From Candidatus Iainarchaeum sp. (GTDB lineage Archaea; B1Sed10-29; WALL01), in the NCBI GenBank assembly GCA_021162685.1, contig JAGGYF010000007.1:1-29521 (forward strand): a stretch of DNA of 29,521 bases. Direction: 5' to 3'. A program made the position numbers and the translations under genes. Of the stretch, positions 1-9,246 are shown in pieces (the stretch's first letter is position 1; every line of letters begins with the position of its first letter). Under the pieces are notes generated by a model, which made no database searches, was not told the DNA's origin, and saw only the letters and a program-made list of their open reading frames with translations.

Positions 1-1976
1 GACCCTGGGCGCCATCCCTTCAATGTTTTCTTGTCCAGCTCCCAGGTGAGTAAAATAGGGTAGCCATGTTTCGCAATTGCTTCTTCATATCTTTCCCTTA
101 CTCTCCTATTCCAAAATGCCCCTCTGTCCACCTTTTTCATGTCCTCTCTCATTTCTAAAACCCTTCCATAATTCACAGGAAGGAGATGTATAGGCAATTG
201 TGTGCTCCTGTTACGGATCTCTAACAAAAGGTCCATGTGGTTATCCACAAGATAATTAAATAATTTCTTCTCATCCTCTATCTTCTTGGCAACATCTTTA
301 TTGAGAACCTCTGAGATGGCTTTTTCTCTTTCGTCTTCTGGTAATCTCTTTATTATCTTTTTCGCGCCACTTAGATTGTCAATAGTATCACGGTAGAACA
401 TGGACAGGAACAGTCCTAATTTTATATTTTGCAGGGCTGGTGTTGCTTCATAGACATTCTTCAAAAAAACAGTATGTGAGTGCCCACTACGCAGGAGTTC
501 TTCAGCATATTCCTTTGGTGAGTTGATCTCCCCTCTCAAAAATTTTTTCATCGTATTTATCTCTGCATTAATATCCTTTTCATACCTTTCCTTGTCTATC
601 CCTGTATGGTGGATGAAGTCTAGCATTTTGGCAACATCCATTCTACTGACATTCAGTCTGTTTTTCCTCACAAAGTCAATGGCTTTGCTCGCTAATTCAA
701 TTTCATAGAATAATTTTGCTTCTATTGTGCTTCTATATCTCTCCATTTCATCCCAATCAATATCTGGCACATTCTCTTGTTTCTTTATCTTGGTCTTAAA
801 TGGCTTCTTTTTTTGTGGTTGTGGCTCTGGTTCCTCTTCCCCTTGCCAGAAGTCGGCAAACATTCGCTCTGCTTCTTCAACAAGTTGCTCCTGTTCTGCT
901 CTCCTCTGCTTTCGTCTTTCAACAGTGGTTCTTATATCCGAATCCTCTTCCCATGTAGACACTACCAATCCAGATGTATCAAACCCTATCCTCTCAAGTT
1001 CTCTCTTAAACCTGCCTGGTGTGCTTGCATCTGTTCTAACGAGATGTTTTGATAAGGAATAATGCCTCGGATTTTTCTCCTTGAACTCGCCTGGCCTTGC
1101 CTCTATCTCCTTTATGTCATTTATTCCAACAACCACTGTTTGGTCTTGTTTCTCCTTTATCCTCTTTCTCAACAATGTCTCTATCTCTCTCATCGCTGAC
1201 TTTGGTGCCCTCCATTTCCCACCTGCTCCAATGCTCTTTCCACTCATCTTGGCTATGTATGCCATGAGTGCCGCTCTTCTACCAGACCAATACTCGCCCG
1301 CATCTTTAAGATTTGCAAGCTCTTCTATCTCTGGGTCGTTCAATGCCTTTGCAACCTCCCTTAGTGTCTCTATCTTATCTGGCATGGTTACATTGCCCTT
1401 GAGCCAGTGTAGGAGCATTTCAGAACTGGGCCGTTTCTCCTCAGGAATCTTATTTCGTATGTATTTACTTATCTCCCTGTATACCTTCTTAGAGAAATCC
1501 TCTCCATCAACCTTAAACAATTTCTCATAAAATTTGTCTTCTTGTTTCAATTCTTCTGGTACCCATTCAGATTCAAGAGCATTTGGATCAAAATGTCTCA
1601 ATATAAGTTTTCTTAGCACAGGAATTTCAGCCTCAAGTGGAAGGCCAGATCCTTTGCTGGGATGGTCATGGAGGAGTTTATGAGCAACCCTATATTTTGC
1701 CGCATCTATGTCTTTAGAGTTCATCAGGTCGTTATGTACATCTTCTAATGTCAGGTGTGAGAGTATTTCTTTATGACATACTACGTGCATATCTGGGGTC
1801 AGTTCCTCAACTGGAACTGTTGTTATTCTGTTATGAATCCTTACTGCTATCCTCTCTCCTTTTGTGGCGAACATGGGTCCAACAGCAGTAGATATCACAT
1901 ATATCTTTCGTTTTTTTCCATATTGCTGGTCTAACCTTCGCTCTCGTTTCTTACGTTTCCCTATTCGTTTTCCCAT
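1..1976 (-). CDS. Large hypothetical protein (>658 aa, runs off the left edge); basic N-terminus and a possible HTH segment
   Basis: Absent from the ORF track because it has no stop in the window. Manual translation from the ATG at 1976 gives MGKRIGKRKKRERRLDQQYGKKRKIYVIST... and is open to base 1. Confidence 0.8.
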   Translation of the reverse strand, partial: MGKRIGKRKKRERRLDQQYGKKRKIYVISTAVGPMFATKGERIAVRIHNRITTVPVEELTPDMHVVCHKEILSHLTLEDVHNDLMNSKDIDAAKYRVAHKLLHDHPSKGSGLPLEAEIPVLRKLILRHFDPNALESEWVPEELKQEDKFYEKLFKVDGEDFSKKVYREISKYIRNKIPEEKRPSSEMLLHWLKGNVTMPDKIETLREVAKALNDPEIEELANLKDAGEYWSGRRAALMAYIAKMSGKSIGAGGKWRAPKSAMREIETLLRKRIKEKQDQTVVVGINDIKEIEARPGEFKEKNPRHYSLSKHLVRTDASTPGRFKRELERIGFDTSGLVVSTWEEDSDIRTTVERRKQRRAEQEQLVEEAERMFADFWQGEEEPEPQPQKKKPFKTKIKKQENVPDIDWDEMERYRSTIEAKLFYEIELASKAIDFVRKNRLNVSRMDVAKMLDFIHHTGIDKERYEKDINAEINTMKKFLRGEINSPKEYAEELLRSGHSHTVFLKNVYEATPALQNIKLGLFLSMFYRDTIDNLSGAKKIIKRLPEDEREKAISEVLNKDVAKKIEDEKKLFNYLVDNHMDLLLEIRNRSTQLPIHLLPVNYGRVLEMREDMKKVDRGAFWNRRVRERYEEAIAKHGYPILLTWELDKKTLKGWRPG

Positions 1977-1995
1977 GCATTAATTATTGCAATTG

Positions 1996-2451
1996 CTATT
2001 TAAATTGCTTTTTGATATAGAGACTCCCATCCATAAAGATGACAAGGTTCCTCACATTCCAGCCTATGCGGTCTTTCTCCTTATCCATTGTTTTGATGGC
2101 GTTAGCAAGATTATGCCATGCGGGCGTTCTATACAAAAAGGCGAGTTTTCCTATATCGCTCGGTAATGCTGAAAAACCATGCATCTTTACAACCCTTACT
2201 GCAGCTTCAAATGCCTCTGGGTCCCTTTTTCTGTAAACAGAGAGGTTGTATATGGAAACAGGATGTGTCTCCAGATGTATGTCGCGCAATACCTCTATTG
2301 CTCTCTTGACATGCTCCTCCCCAGCATCCCTATATGCATCTATCAGGTGCTTTAATTCTCTTTCTGGTCTTTTGAGCTGCCTTAGGGTAGTATATGCCTT
2401 ATCAGCAAGCCCTCCATATCTCCATTTATATAGTGCCTTTCTGAATCCCAC
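1996..2451 (-). CDS. Hypothetical protein (~151 aa)
   Basis: 3' part of track ORF 1996..2886. The upstream part overlaps the + strand flippase gene, so the likely start is GTG at 2451 (MGFRKALYKWRYGG...), about 20 nt after a TATA-like box. Confidence 0.6.
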   Translation of the reverse strand: MGFRKALYKWRYGGLADKAYTTLRQLKRPERELKHLIDAYRDAGEEHVKRAIEVLRDIHLETHPVSIYNLSVYRKRDPEAFEAAVRVVKMHGFSALPSDIGKLAFLYRTPAWHNLANAIKTMDKEKDRIGWNVRNLVIFMDGSLYIKKQFK

Positions 2452-2471
2452 ACCATAGTTGAGGTAGGTAT

Positions 2472-2481
2472 TATTTAAAAA
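2472..2481. promoter_or_regulatory. Putative TATA box shared by divergent genes
   Basis: TATTTAAAAA with a palindromic TTTAAA core, in a 43-bp gap between divergent starts. Confidence 0.4.
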
Positions 2482-2494
2482 CAAAGTCGTAATT

Positions 2495-3376
2495 ATGCGT
2501 ATGAGAATTGACAATGATATTATTGGGATTGGACTGCTGTTAGTGATGTTCATTGTGGCGAATCCAATAAATGTATTTGAGGCACTGATGGGCGCAAATG
2601 TGCTGCTTATTGTAGCATCAATTATTGTTGGAGCCATTGCATCATGCATAGATGCATACACTACGCAACTATTTCTGAAAGAGACAGCAAAAACAACATT
2701 TGAATACACGCAAAAAACGTTCTTTCCTGTTGTGTCTGGGACAGGAACTATGCTTTTATCCAGACTATTTGAGAGGATGATGTTTGACATAAGTAAAACC
2801 GTTGGGAAGGGTATTGTACTATTTTCCAAGTTGATCAATGCTGCAGTGAAGGGTAGTGCAATCCTCTCTGCTGTGCTGCTTCTCATATTTAGTTTTTTTG
2901 TGAAAGATTATAGGCCATTTATTGGTCTGTGGATTGTTCTAAGTACTATATCTCTTTGGGCAATACTAAAAACATCAAGCTTTTTTGGTTTATTTGCTCA
3001 GGCGTTCATGCCATTCAGGTTTTCTGAGTTTTCAAGGAAAACGAAACTTTTGATAACAGTGGTGTGCGCCTCCAATATTGTTGTATGGTTGTTGTATGCT
3101 ATGATGATATGGGCTCTGCTGTTTGCTTTTGGTAAAGGGACAAGTGCCATAGCTATTTTCCTTTTGTATCCTCTTTTCATGTTGCCTGCTTTTCTACCAT
3201 TCTTCACAAACAGCATTGGCTTTGTTGAGCTCATTGGTGTCCTCTCTCTTCTTATCTTGGGGATACCAATACATGTCACTTTCCTTGCTTTGGTTGTATG
3301 GCGAGCAGTAAAAACAATCAGTGATTTCCTTTTTCCAGTAGTCTTGGTGGGGAGAAGCACTAAACAGTTCAGGTAG
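2495..3376 (+). CDS. UPF0104 / lysylphosphatidylglycerol synthase TM-domain (flippase-like) membrane protein
   Basis: Multi-pass hydrophobic protein; C-terminal IGFVELIGVLSLLILGIP...LALVVWRAV fits the family pattern G.G.VE......LG.P...A....WR. The start may be the ATG at 2501. Confidence 0.7.
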   Translation: MRMRIDNDIIGIGLLLVMFIVANPINVFEALMGANVLLIVASIIVGAIASCIDAYTTQLFLKETAKTTFEYTQKTFFPVVSGTGTMLLSRLFERMMFDISKTVGKGIVLFSKLINAAVKGSAILSAVLLLIFSFFVKDYRPFIGLWIVLSTISLWAILKTSSFFGLFAQAFMPFRFSEFSRKTKLLITVVCASNIVVWLLYAMMIWALLFAFGKGTSAIAIFLLYPLFMLPAFLPFFTNSIGFVELIGVLSLLILGIPIHVTFLALVVWRAVKTISDFLFPVVLVGRSTKQFR

Positions 3377-3387
3377 AGTAGCTGATC

Positions 3388-4695
3388 CTAAGTCCCTTTT
3401 TGTTTTACCTTGCTCAAGACTTCCCTCAGTTCTTTAAGTGCCTCTTCCTTGAAGAGGGGATTTCCCTTCTCTTCTTTCAAGGCCTCATACGTTTCTCTTG
3501 AAAGGCAGTTCGTACATGATACGCCCAATTCATTGCATGCCTCCTGCAACGCAATATAGGATTCTGCGGAATACTTAAAAAAACAGAAATAGTGGTCATA
3601 TTTGTGATGTTTTAGATAATCAAATATACGTTTTTTAGTTACCTTTATGTACTCCTTCTTTATTTCAGGTGTCTCCAGTCGCTCATCCCACTCATATGCG
3701 TTAAAGGGGTAGAAATCATTGAACTCAAAAGGAACAACGCCAGGGGTAGAAATAACCAACCTATGGATGTTCTTGAATATCGGCAGTGTCTTTATTGTCT
3801 TATAGATAAGAGTATGGGTTTTTGATTTTGAATATGGCTTCTTTGCAGAACATGGAAGAAACAACGCAATTGTTTTGTCCTTTGGTTTCTCATACCAATC
3901 ACATAGGTACTCCTGCCACACCCTAAAATGAGGATGGTTAAGTATCTCAGAAGAAACCCCTTCCAGGTTCGCTCTTTTCTCTGGAGGGAATCTCGGCACA
4001 AACCTAAACGTTTCAACATCCAACTCAATCTTTGGGTTGTTTGCATAAGGTCTTGTTATCTCAAAAAATTTCTCTCTTGTTAGAGGTTTCCATTTTCCCT
4101 CAACCCACAAGTCAAACAGTGGCGCATTTGCATGGGGTAGAAGATTAATCAAAACAATAGAATCAGAATGCTGTAAAGCAAATGACACAGACCTGTCCAA
4201 ACTCTCTTTGATGTCATCAACAAATGGAGGATTTACAAGGAGATATGTTCTCACCTTAAACCCTTTGGAATGTATTATATCTGCTGCTCTGGTATAATCC
4301 TCTACTGTCATACCCTTTCCCAATTTCTTTAGTATATCATTATCAGCAACTTCAAGACCTATTGCAACAGTTAAGTCAATCCCATCAAAATCTAATAAGG
4401 TATCCTCTGTTATAAACTCGGGTCTTGACTCAATTGTCAAGTGTTTTATGCCCTTCTTCTTACATTTCTCAACAAGGTATCTCCTAAATTCCCTGGGGAA
4501 TTGTTTATCATCAAGAAAAGAGCCAGACCCGAATATTTTTAGGGTATCTCCTTCAAACCCAACAAGTTTTCTATCAAGATCAACCTTCATTCGCAATAGG
4601 TTGGGTTCTGGGTAATTCTCTCGTGAATATCCACAGAATATACATCTGCCCCATGCGCATCTTCCTATATTCAGTATCAAAACCTTTTCCTTCAT
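3388..4695 (-). CDS. Archaeosine-biosynthesis radical SAM enzyme (RaSEA/TIGR01210-like) fused to an ArcS-type (DUF5591) domain
   Basis: N-terminal half has CAWGRCIFC (Cx4Cx2C), GSGSFLD, IESRPEFI and IGLE. C-terminal half has LFLPCSAKKPYSKSKTH, the ArcS PCx3KPYx2Sx2H motif. Start is ATG 4695 or GTG 4710. Confidence 0.8.
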   Translation of the reverse strand: MKEKVLILNIGRCAWGRCIFCGYSRENYPEPNLLRMKVDLDRKLVGFEGDTLKIFGSGSFLDDKQFPREFRRYLVEKCKKKGIKHLTIESRPEFITEDTLLDFDGIDLTVAIGLEVADNDILKKLGKGMTVEDYTRAADIIHSKGFKVRTYLLVNPPFVDDIKESLDRSVSFALQHSDSIVLINLLPHANAPLFDLWVEGKWKPLTREKFFEITRPYANNPKIELDVETFRFVPRFPPEKRANLEGVSSEILNHPHFRVWQEYLCDWYEKPKDKTIALFLPCSAKKPYSKSKTHTLIYKTIKTLPIFKNIHRLVISTPGVVPFEFNDFYPFNAYEWDERLETPEIKKEYIKVTKKRIFDYLKHHKYDHYFCFFKYSAESYIALQEACNELGVSCTNCLSRETYEALKEEKGNPLFKEEALKELREVLSKVKQKGT

Positions 4696-4719
4696 AGGTA
4701 TATGTTTCACATAACAATG

Positions 4720-4727
4720 TTTAAATA
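4720..4727. promoter_or_regulatory. Putative TATA box between divergent genes
   Basis: TTTAAATA is the only TATA-like element between the starts at 4695(-) and 4761(+). Confidence 0.4.
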
Positions 4728-4760
4728 CTTTCTTTGGGTTATTAGGTTTGGGTGTGCAAC

Positions 4761-5351
4761 ATGTTGGAGATATTCACACCAGAACAGAGTGCAAGCATAG
4801 GTATACTTCTTGTCCTGCTTCTGTTTGTCGTCTTGTATCTGGGGTGGAACTTTGTTATCAAGAAAAGAAAAATCCATAGGGTCGCAATATCGGATAGGGA
4901 GTTATACAAAAAGAAAAAGCACAACAAGGAAGTCTTTGAGGAAATCATGTTAGTATTCAGCACAACGCCACAAGTCATAGGAGAGATAACTGGATTTGCT
5001 GTTGCAACAGTCGTACTAGCAATAACATTGTTAAAAGGTATGCCTGTTGGAACAGGGAACTACATAATAACAAGCGCAAGTTTGTTGGCATTCAGCATCG
5101 CTGGGTTATGCTACCTCATGACAATGGAGCAACTAACAACTGCGATTTCTCCATCACTTACAGATGCTGAGCGTTTTAGGTTATATGAGGAAGCAATAAA
5201 TCTGAAAACCTTGGCATTTGCGGGGTTGTGGGCTGGTGTCCTCCTACTCATGGCCCTTGTCAATATGTATGCTGTACTTATAACCGCGATATACACTGCT
5301 GGCCTGATATATAGGCATTTTGAACTGCGTTGGGTGAGGAAAGAGAGATGA
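4761..5351 (+). CDS. Unknown multi-pass membrane protein, paralogue A
   Basis: About 5 TM segments; motifs WNFVIKKR, TTPQV.GEITG and MEQL.TAISPS are shared with the next two genes. Confidence 0.8.
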   Translation: MLEIFTPEQSASIGILLVLLLFVVLYLGWNFVIKKRKIHRVAISDRELYKKKKHNKEVFEEIMLVFSTTPQVIGEITGFAVATVVLAITLLKGMPVGTGNYIITSASLLAFSIAGLCYLMTMEQLTTAISPSLTDAERFRLYEEAINLKTLAFAGLWAGVLLLMALVNMYAVLITAIYTAGLIYRHFELRWVRKER

Positions 5352-5917
5352 GCACATATATTGAATACATGATAGGGGTTGCAGAACTGGTCTTAGGAGC
5401 AATCATTATTATTGTTTATCTAGCATGGAATATGATTGTCAAGAAGAGGAAGATAAAAAGCCTTGTTGAAAAAACTAAAAGGAAATTAAGATATGGCAAA
5501 GGAAAGGAGGAACTAGATTACCTTTTGGAGACAACGCCACAAGTTACGTGTGAGATAACTGGTATATCTGTATCCATTGTTGTTCTTGCCATAACTATGT
5601 TCTCTGGTATTGTAAAATGGAGTTTTGAATATGAGCTTGGTGTCATTGGTATGATAAGCATTGCAGTTGCTGCGCTTTGCCTATTGATGATTATGGAGCA
5701 ACTCCTGACTGCCATATCCCCATCTACCTCACTTGGAGAAAAGATGAGATTATACGAAGAGGCTGCAAGGCTGAAGATTATAGGATTTACCTCACTATGG
5801 GTTGGTATCCTTTTCCTGATGGCAACTGTTGACATTTACGTGCTAACTATTGTTGTCATATTGACAATATACATCGTAATAAGATATATAGAGATGAGGT
5901 GGGAAGATGCTAAGTGA
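5348..5917 (+). CDS. Unknown multi-pass membrane protein, paralogue B
   Basis: ATGA overlap with paralogue A; same motifs (WNMIVKKR, TTPQVTCEITG, MEQLLTAISPS, RLYEEA). Confidence 0.8.
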   Translation: MSTYIEYMIGVAELVLGAIIIIVYLAWNMIVKKRKIKSLVEKTKRKLRYGKGKEELDYLLETTPQVTCEITGISVSIVVLAITMFSGIVKWSFEYELGVIGMISIAVAALCLLMIMEQLLTAISPSTSLGEKMRLYEEAARLKIIGFTSLWVGILFLMATVDIYVLTIVVILTIYIVIRYIEMRWEDAK

Positions 5918-6485
5918 GCATGAGATAGGTATTGCCGCCATATTGATGACATTCGCATACTTTGTTGCATATCTCTTCTGGAATTTGGTTATAAAAAAGA
6001 GGAGATTGAATAGAGTCGCAGAGGGCGACAGGAAAATCTATCAGAAGAACAGAAAGAAGTACAAGAAGGCATTACTCAATGTATTCAGCACAACGCCACA
6101 GGTAGTAAGTGAAGCAGCAGGTGTCTCTGTCGCAACTGTTGTACTGGCTGTAACACTCCTCATGACAATGCAACCAGGTACATTTGAATACAACATAACA
6201 TCTGCCGTACTTGTAGCACTTGCTATTGGGAGCATCTCTTACCTCATGTCAATGGAGCAACTGAATGTTGCCCTATCACCATCAATAACAGAGGGTGAAA
6301 AGTTTAGGCTGTATAGGGAAGCAATTGACCTAAAATTCGTCGGATTTTTTATGCTGTGGGGCGCAGTACTCGTGGCAATGCTTCTAACAAATGTATATGC
6401 TGTGCTTATAACATGTGCATTAACACTGATTGTTATAAGAAGACATTATTCAAAACGGTGGTTGAGAGAAAATGACGAACTTTGA
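5907..6485 (+). CDS. Unknown multi-pass membrane protein, paralogue C
   Basis: Overlaps paralogue B; motifs WNLVIKKR, TTPQVVSEAAG, MEQLNVALSPS, RLYREA. Confidence 0.8.
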   Translation: MLSEHEIGIAAILMTFAYFVAYLFWNLVIKKRRLNRVAEGDRKIYQKNRKKYKKALLNVFSTTPQVVSEAAGVSVATVVLAVTLLMTMQPGTFEYNITSAVLVALAIGSISYLMSMEQLNVALSPSITEGEKFRLYREAIDLKFVGFFMLWGAVLVAMLLTNVYAVLITCALTLIVIRRHYSKRWLRENDEL

Positions 6486-7209
6486 GATTGTAGGCCACAG
6501 AGGAGCACCACATCTCGCACCAGAGAACACAATGGCCTCATTCAGGAAAGCCATTGAAATAGGTGCGGATGCTATAGAATTTGATGTCCACCAGACCAAA
6601 GACAAAAAACTTGTTGTTATGCACGACAGGGGGCTATGGAGAACGGCAGGCCATCCTGGGAACATCTGCCACTATACCTTAAAAAAACTTAAAACATTGG
6701 ATGTTGGCTTCTGGTTTGGTAGCAAGTTCAAAAATGAGAGAATACCATCAGTTGAGGATGTCTTGAACCTTGAAAACATACGATTCTATATTGAACTAAA
6801 AGATGGTTCACCTGTTTATCCCAATATTGAGGAGAATCTTGTTGATATGATTAATGGCCTTGGTGTGAAGAGGAGATGTGTTGTAATCTCATTTGACCAT
6901 GATGCAGTGCACAAGGTAAAAGAACTTGACAGGAAGATGAGAACAGGAAAATTATTCATAATGAAGTTATCTGGAACATGGGATTCTTTATGTGAGAACA
7001 CAGACTATTTATGTCCGTTTTGGCCTTCCATTGATTATGGTTTTGTGGAGGAAGCACACAAAAGGAAAAAGAAGGTGAACACGTGGACTGTGAATAATGT
7101 TCAGGCCATGAGATACGTGATAGGCTGTGGTGTTGACTCCATAACCACTGATGTTGTAGATGTATGTGTTGCTCTGAGGGAGGAATATGGACATAGAAAA
7201 AGACATTGA
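6472..7209 (+). CDS. Glycerophosphodiester phosphodiesterase (GDPD/UgpQ family)
   Basis: GHRGAPHLAPENT, IEFDV, VVMHD, IELK, WTVN and GVDSITTD motifs. Confidence 0.93.
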   Translation: MTNFEIVGHRGAPHLAPENTMASFRKAIEIGADAIEFDVHQTKDKKLVVMHDRGLWRTAGHPGNICHYTLKKLKTLDVGFWFGSKFKNERIPSVEDVLNLENIRFYIELKDGSPVYPNIEENLVDMINGLGVKRRCVVISFDHDAVHKVKELDRKMRTGKLFIMKLSGTWDSLCENTDYLCPFWPSIDYGFVEEAHKRKKKVNTWTVNNVQAMRYVIGCGVDSITTDVVDVCVALREEYGHRKRH

Positions 7210-8350
7210 AAGGGTTACAAAGATTGTTGAACAGCCAATTACTCTTGTGTTTCACAATGATGCAGATGGGTTATGTTCTGGTGCAATAGCGAAAAGAGCA
7301 TTAGAAAAGATTGGAATAAAACCAAAGATGTTTTGTATTGAAAAGATGTATCCGGAAGTTATAGAGAGAATACACGAGGAGGACAGGTTGATAGTGTATC
7401 TGGATATAGGAGCAGGTCAGATAGGGCTAATTGAAAAATTTGCAAAAGGCAACGTAATCATATTGGACCACCACAAGACAAGAAAACCAACAAAGCCAAA
7501 TATCTATAATCTGGATCCAGAACTTTACGGATATTCTGGAGATTCTGATGTGTGTGGGAGCTGCATATCATACATGTTCTTCAGCAAGATTGCTGACATA
7601 AAAGAGATGAGGGATGCAGTTGTTGTAGGTGCGATGGAAATCCCTGGAAACATAAGAGGGCTGAACAGAAAATTTGTTGACAAAAGCAACATTATAAAAA
7701 GGGGCGAGAGAGAGTCATATAAAACAAGGTATGGAAAAAGAGCGAGAAGCGTATCAAAAGACCTGACAATACTGGGGGCAGTAGGATATTATCAGAAAGG
7801 TCCTATCTTAGGATTAAGGTTGTTGTTCAATGGATATGATGATGAGATAAAGCAGAAAATAAAACTATTAGAAGAAAGGAGAAAGGAGATAAACAGGAGA
7901 CTCCTCACAAGGATTAAAATCAATGAATCAAAGCATTTCCAGTGGTTCTTTGCTGGTGATGCATATAAGGGAATGGGAGTAAAGGTTATCGGAACATTCT
8001 GCTCGTATTTGACACATAGGAACATTGCTCCTGACAAAGTTCTTTTGGGATTTATGAATGTTGAACCAATTATCCCAATGTTTGAAGGAATGCCATGGCA
8101 TATGAAAGGGAGTTATGTAAAGGTTTCGGCAAGAGCGCCGTACGCAGTTGAAGAATCCATAAAAACTGGTGAGTTTCCATCTCTGGGTTTGCTTATGCAT
8201 AATGCATGTGAAAGCATTGGAGGGTTTGGCGATGGTCATGACGTTGCGGCATCTGGTGTTATACCAAGAGGTAGAGAATCAGAACTGATAGAGGAGATGG
8301 AAAGCATTGTAGAAAAGGGCCATGGAAAAACATTAGTAAGCTACATCTAA
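7187..8350 (+). CDS. DHH-family phosphoesterase (archaeal RecJ-like) with DHHA1 domain
   Basis: HNDADG, YLDIG, ILDHH, KVSAR and GGFGDGHDVAASG motifs. Confidence 0.88.
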   Translation: MDIEKDIERVTKIVEQPITLVFHNDADGLCSGAIAKRALEKIGIKPKMFCIEKMYPEVIERIHEEDRLIVYLDIGAGQIGLIEKFAKGNVIILDHHKTRKPTKPNIYNLDPELYGYSGDSDVCGSCISYMFFSKIADIKEMRDAVVVGAMEIPGNIRGLNRKFVDKSNIIKRGERESYKTRYGKRARSVSKDLTILGAVGYYQKGPILGLRLLFNGYDDEIKQKIKLLEERRKEINRRLLTRIKINESKHFQWFFAGDAYKGMGVKVIGTFCSYLTHRNIAPDKVLLGFMNVEPIIPMFEGMPWHMKGSYVKVSARAPYAVEESIKTGEFPSLGLLMHNACESIGGFGDGHDVAASGVIPRGRESELIEEMESIVEKGHGKTLVSYI

Positions 8351-8925
8351 CGCTTTTTCTTCTTTGGGATGAGCTTTCTTGGAATGCCTGGCACCTTGCT
8401 TATCTTATCAATTTCTTCTGGAGTTAATGCAGTTGTCCCTCTGAGCCTTTTCGTACCTGGAGAGGTAATGCCCAATGCCCTCTTCATCTGATTAACAATG
8501 GATCTTTCTGCTTTGGCGCGTTCAAGCGCTCTCTTAACAATGTTGTATGCCTCTTGTCCCAATTCTACCTCAGCAATAGGATTTGAAAAGAAGTGGTTTA
8601 TCTCACCATTCTTGAGTCTATTTAGTTCATTTCTCTTTGCTAATTCAGTAACAAGTGCCATATTCGCAGTGTCTTTTACAACCTGTGGTATTGTTGGTCC
8701 TTCTCTCATCTTCCTGAGGGTATCGAGTCTGCCTTTTTCTAATGAGCGTCTTATCAACTCATTACCAAAGAATACCTTTTGCTCGGAGGGGATATTTGGG
8801 TCATTCATCATCTCCCAAAGCTTCTCTTCTGGAAGTTTTCTTATATCTCTAACTGGCGCTTTTCTCTCTACTCTCTTCTCTGGCCTCCTTCTTCCGGGAT
8901 ATCTTTCATATGGGTCTTTTGGCAT
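8347..8925 (-). CDS. Hypothetical basic protein
   Basis: 192-aa ORF with typical codon use, preceded by GGTGA; no recognisable motif. Confidence 0.75.
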   Translation of the reverse strand: MPKDPYERYPGRRRPEKRVERKAPVRDIRKLPEEKLWEMMNDPNIPSEQKVFFGNELIRRSLEKGRLDTLRKMREGPTIPQVVKDTANMALVTELAKRNELNRLKNGEINHFFSNPIAEVELGQEAYNIVKRALERAKAERSIVNQMKRALGITSPGTKRLRGTTALTPEEIDKISKVPGIPRKLIPKKKKR

Positions 8926-8965
8926 TCGCTCACCATACCTAATATAATTTTTGCAATTTATAATA

Positions 8966-9187
8966 CTACTGCTTCTTTTTCTTCCTCAAATCCTTCCCGC
9001 AATATGGGCATTTCCCCATAACTGTTTTAACAAATACCCTGCAATTCGGACAGAATACCTTTGCCTCAGGATGCAACTCAAGCTTCCGCTTTTTCCTCCT
9101 CTGGAGAATACTCTTTATCAACTTTATGAGTATTCCCAAAACAACAATGCCTGCAACAACTGCTATGGTTATGTATATGAAATCCAT
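8966..9187 (-). CDS. Small membrane-anchored zinc-ribbon protein
   Basis: N-terminal TM helix, a basic stretch, then CPNC...CPYC. Start is ATG 9187, or 9250 overlapping the mdh stop. Confidence 0.7.
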   Translation of the reverse strand: MDFIYITIAVVAGIVVLGILIKLIKSILQRRKKRKLELHPEAKVFCPNCRVFVKTVMGKCPYCGKDLRKKKKQ

Positions 9188-9246
9188 GTTCCAAACACAT
9201 TCTCCTGTTTCAGATACCTTTTGAATTAACGCAATACATCCTTCCA

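Noticed and set aside
1-1976. Functional intein in the first ORF
   Set aside because: No N-terminal Cys/Ser block A, no C-terminal His-Asn followed by Cys/Ser/Thr, and no recognisable host protein.
2452-2886. N-terminal extension of track ORF 1996..2886 (likewise 15506..15625 of the HTH gene)
   Set aside because: It overlaps a well-supported gene on the opposite strand; downstream starts fit the promoter positions and signal peptide better.
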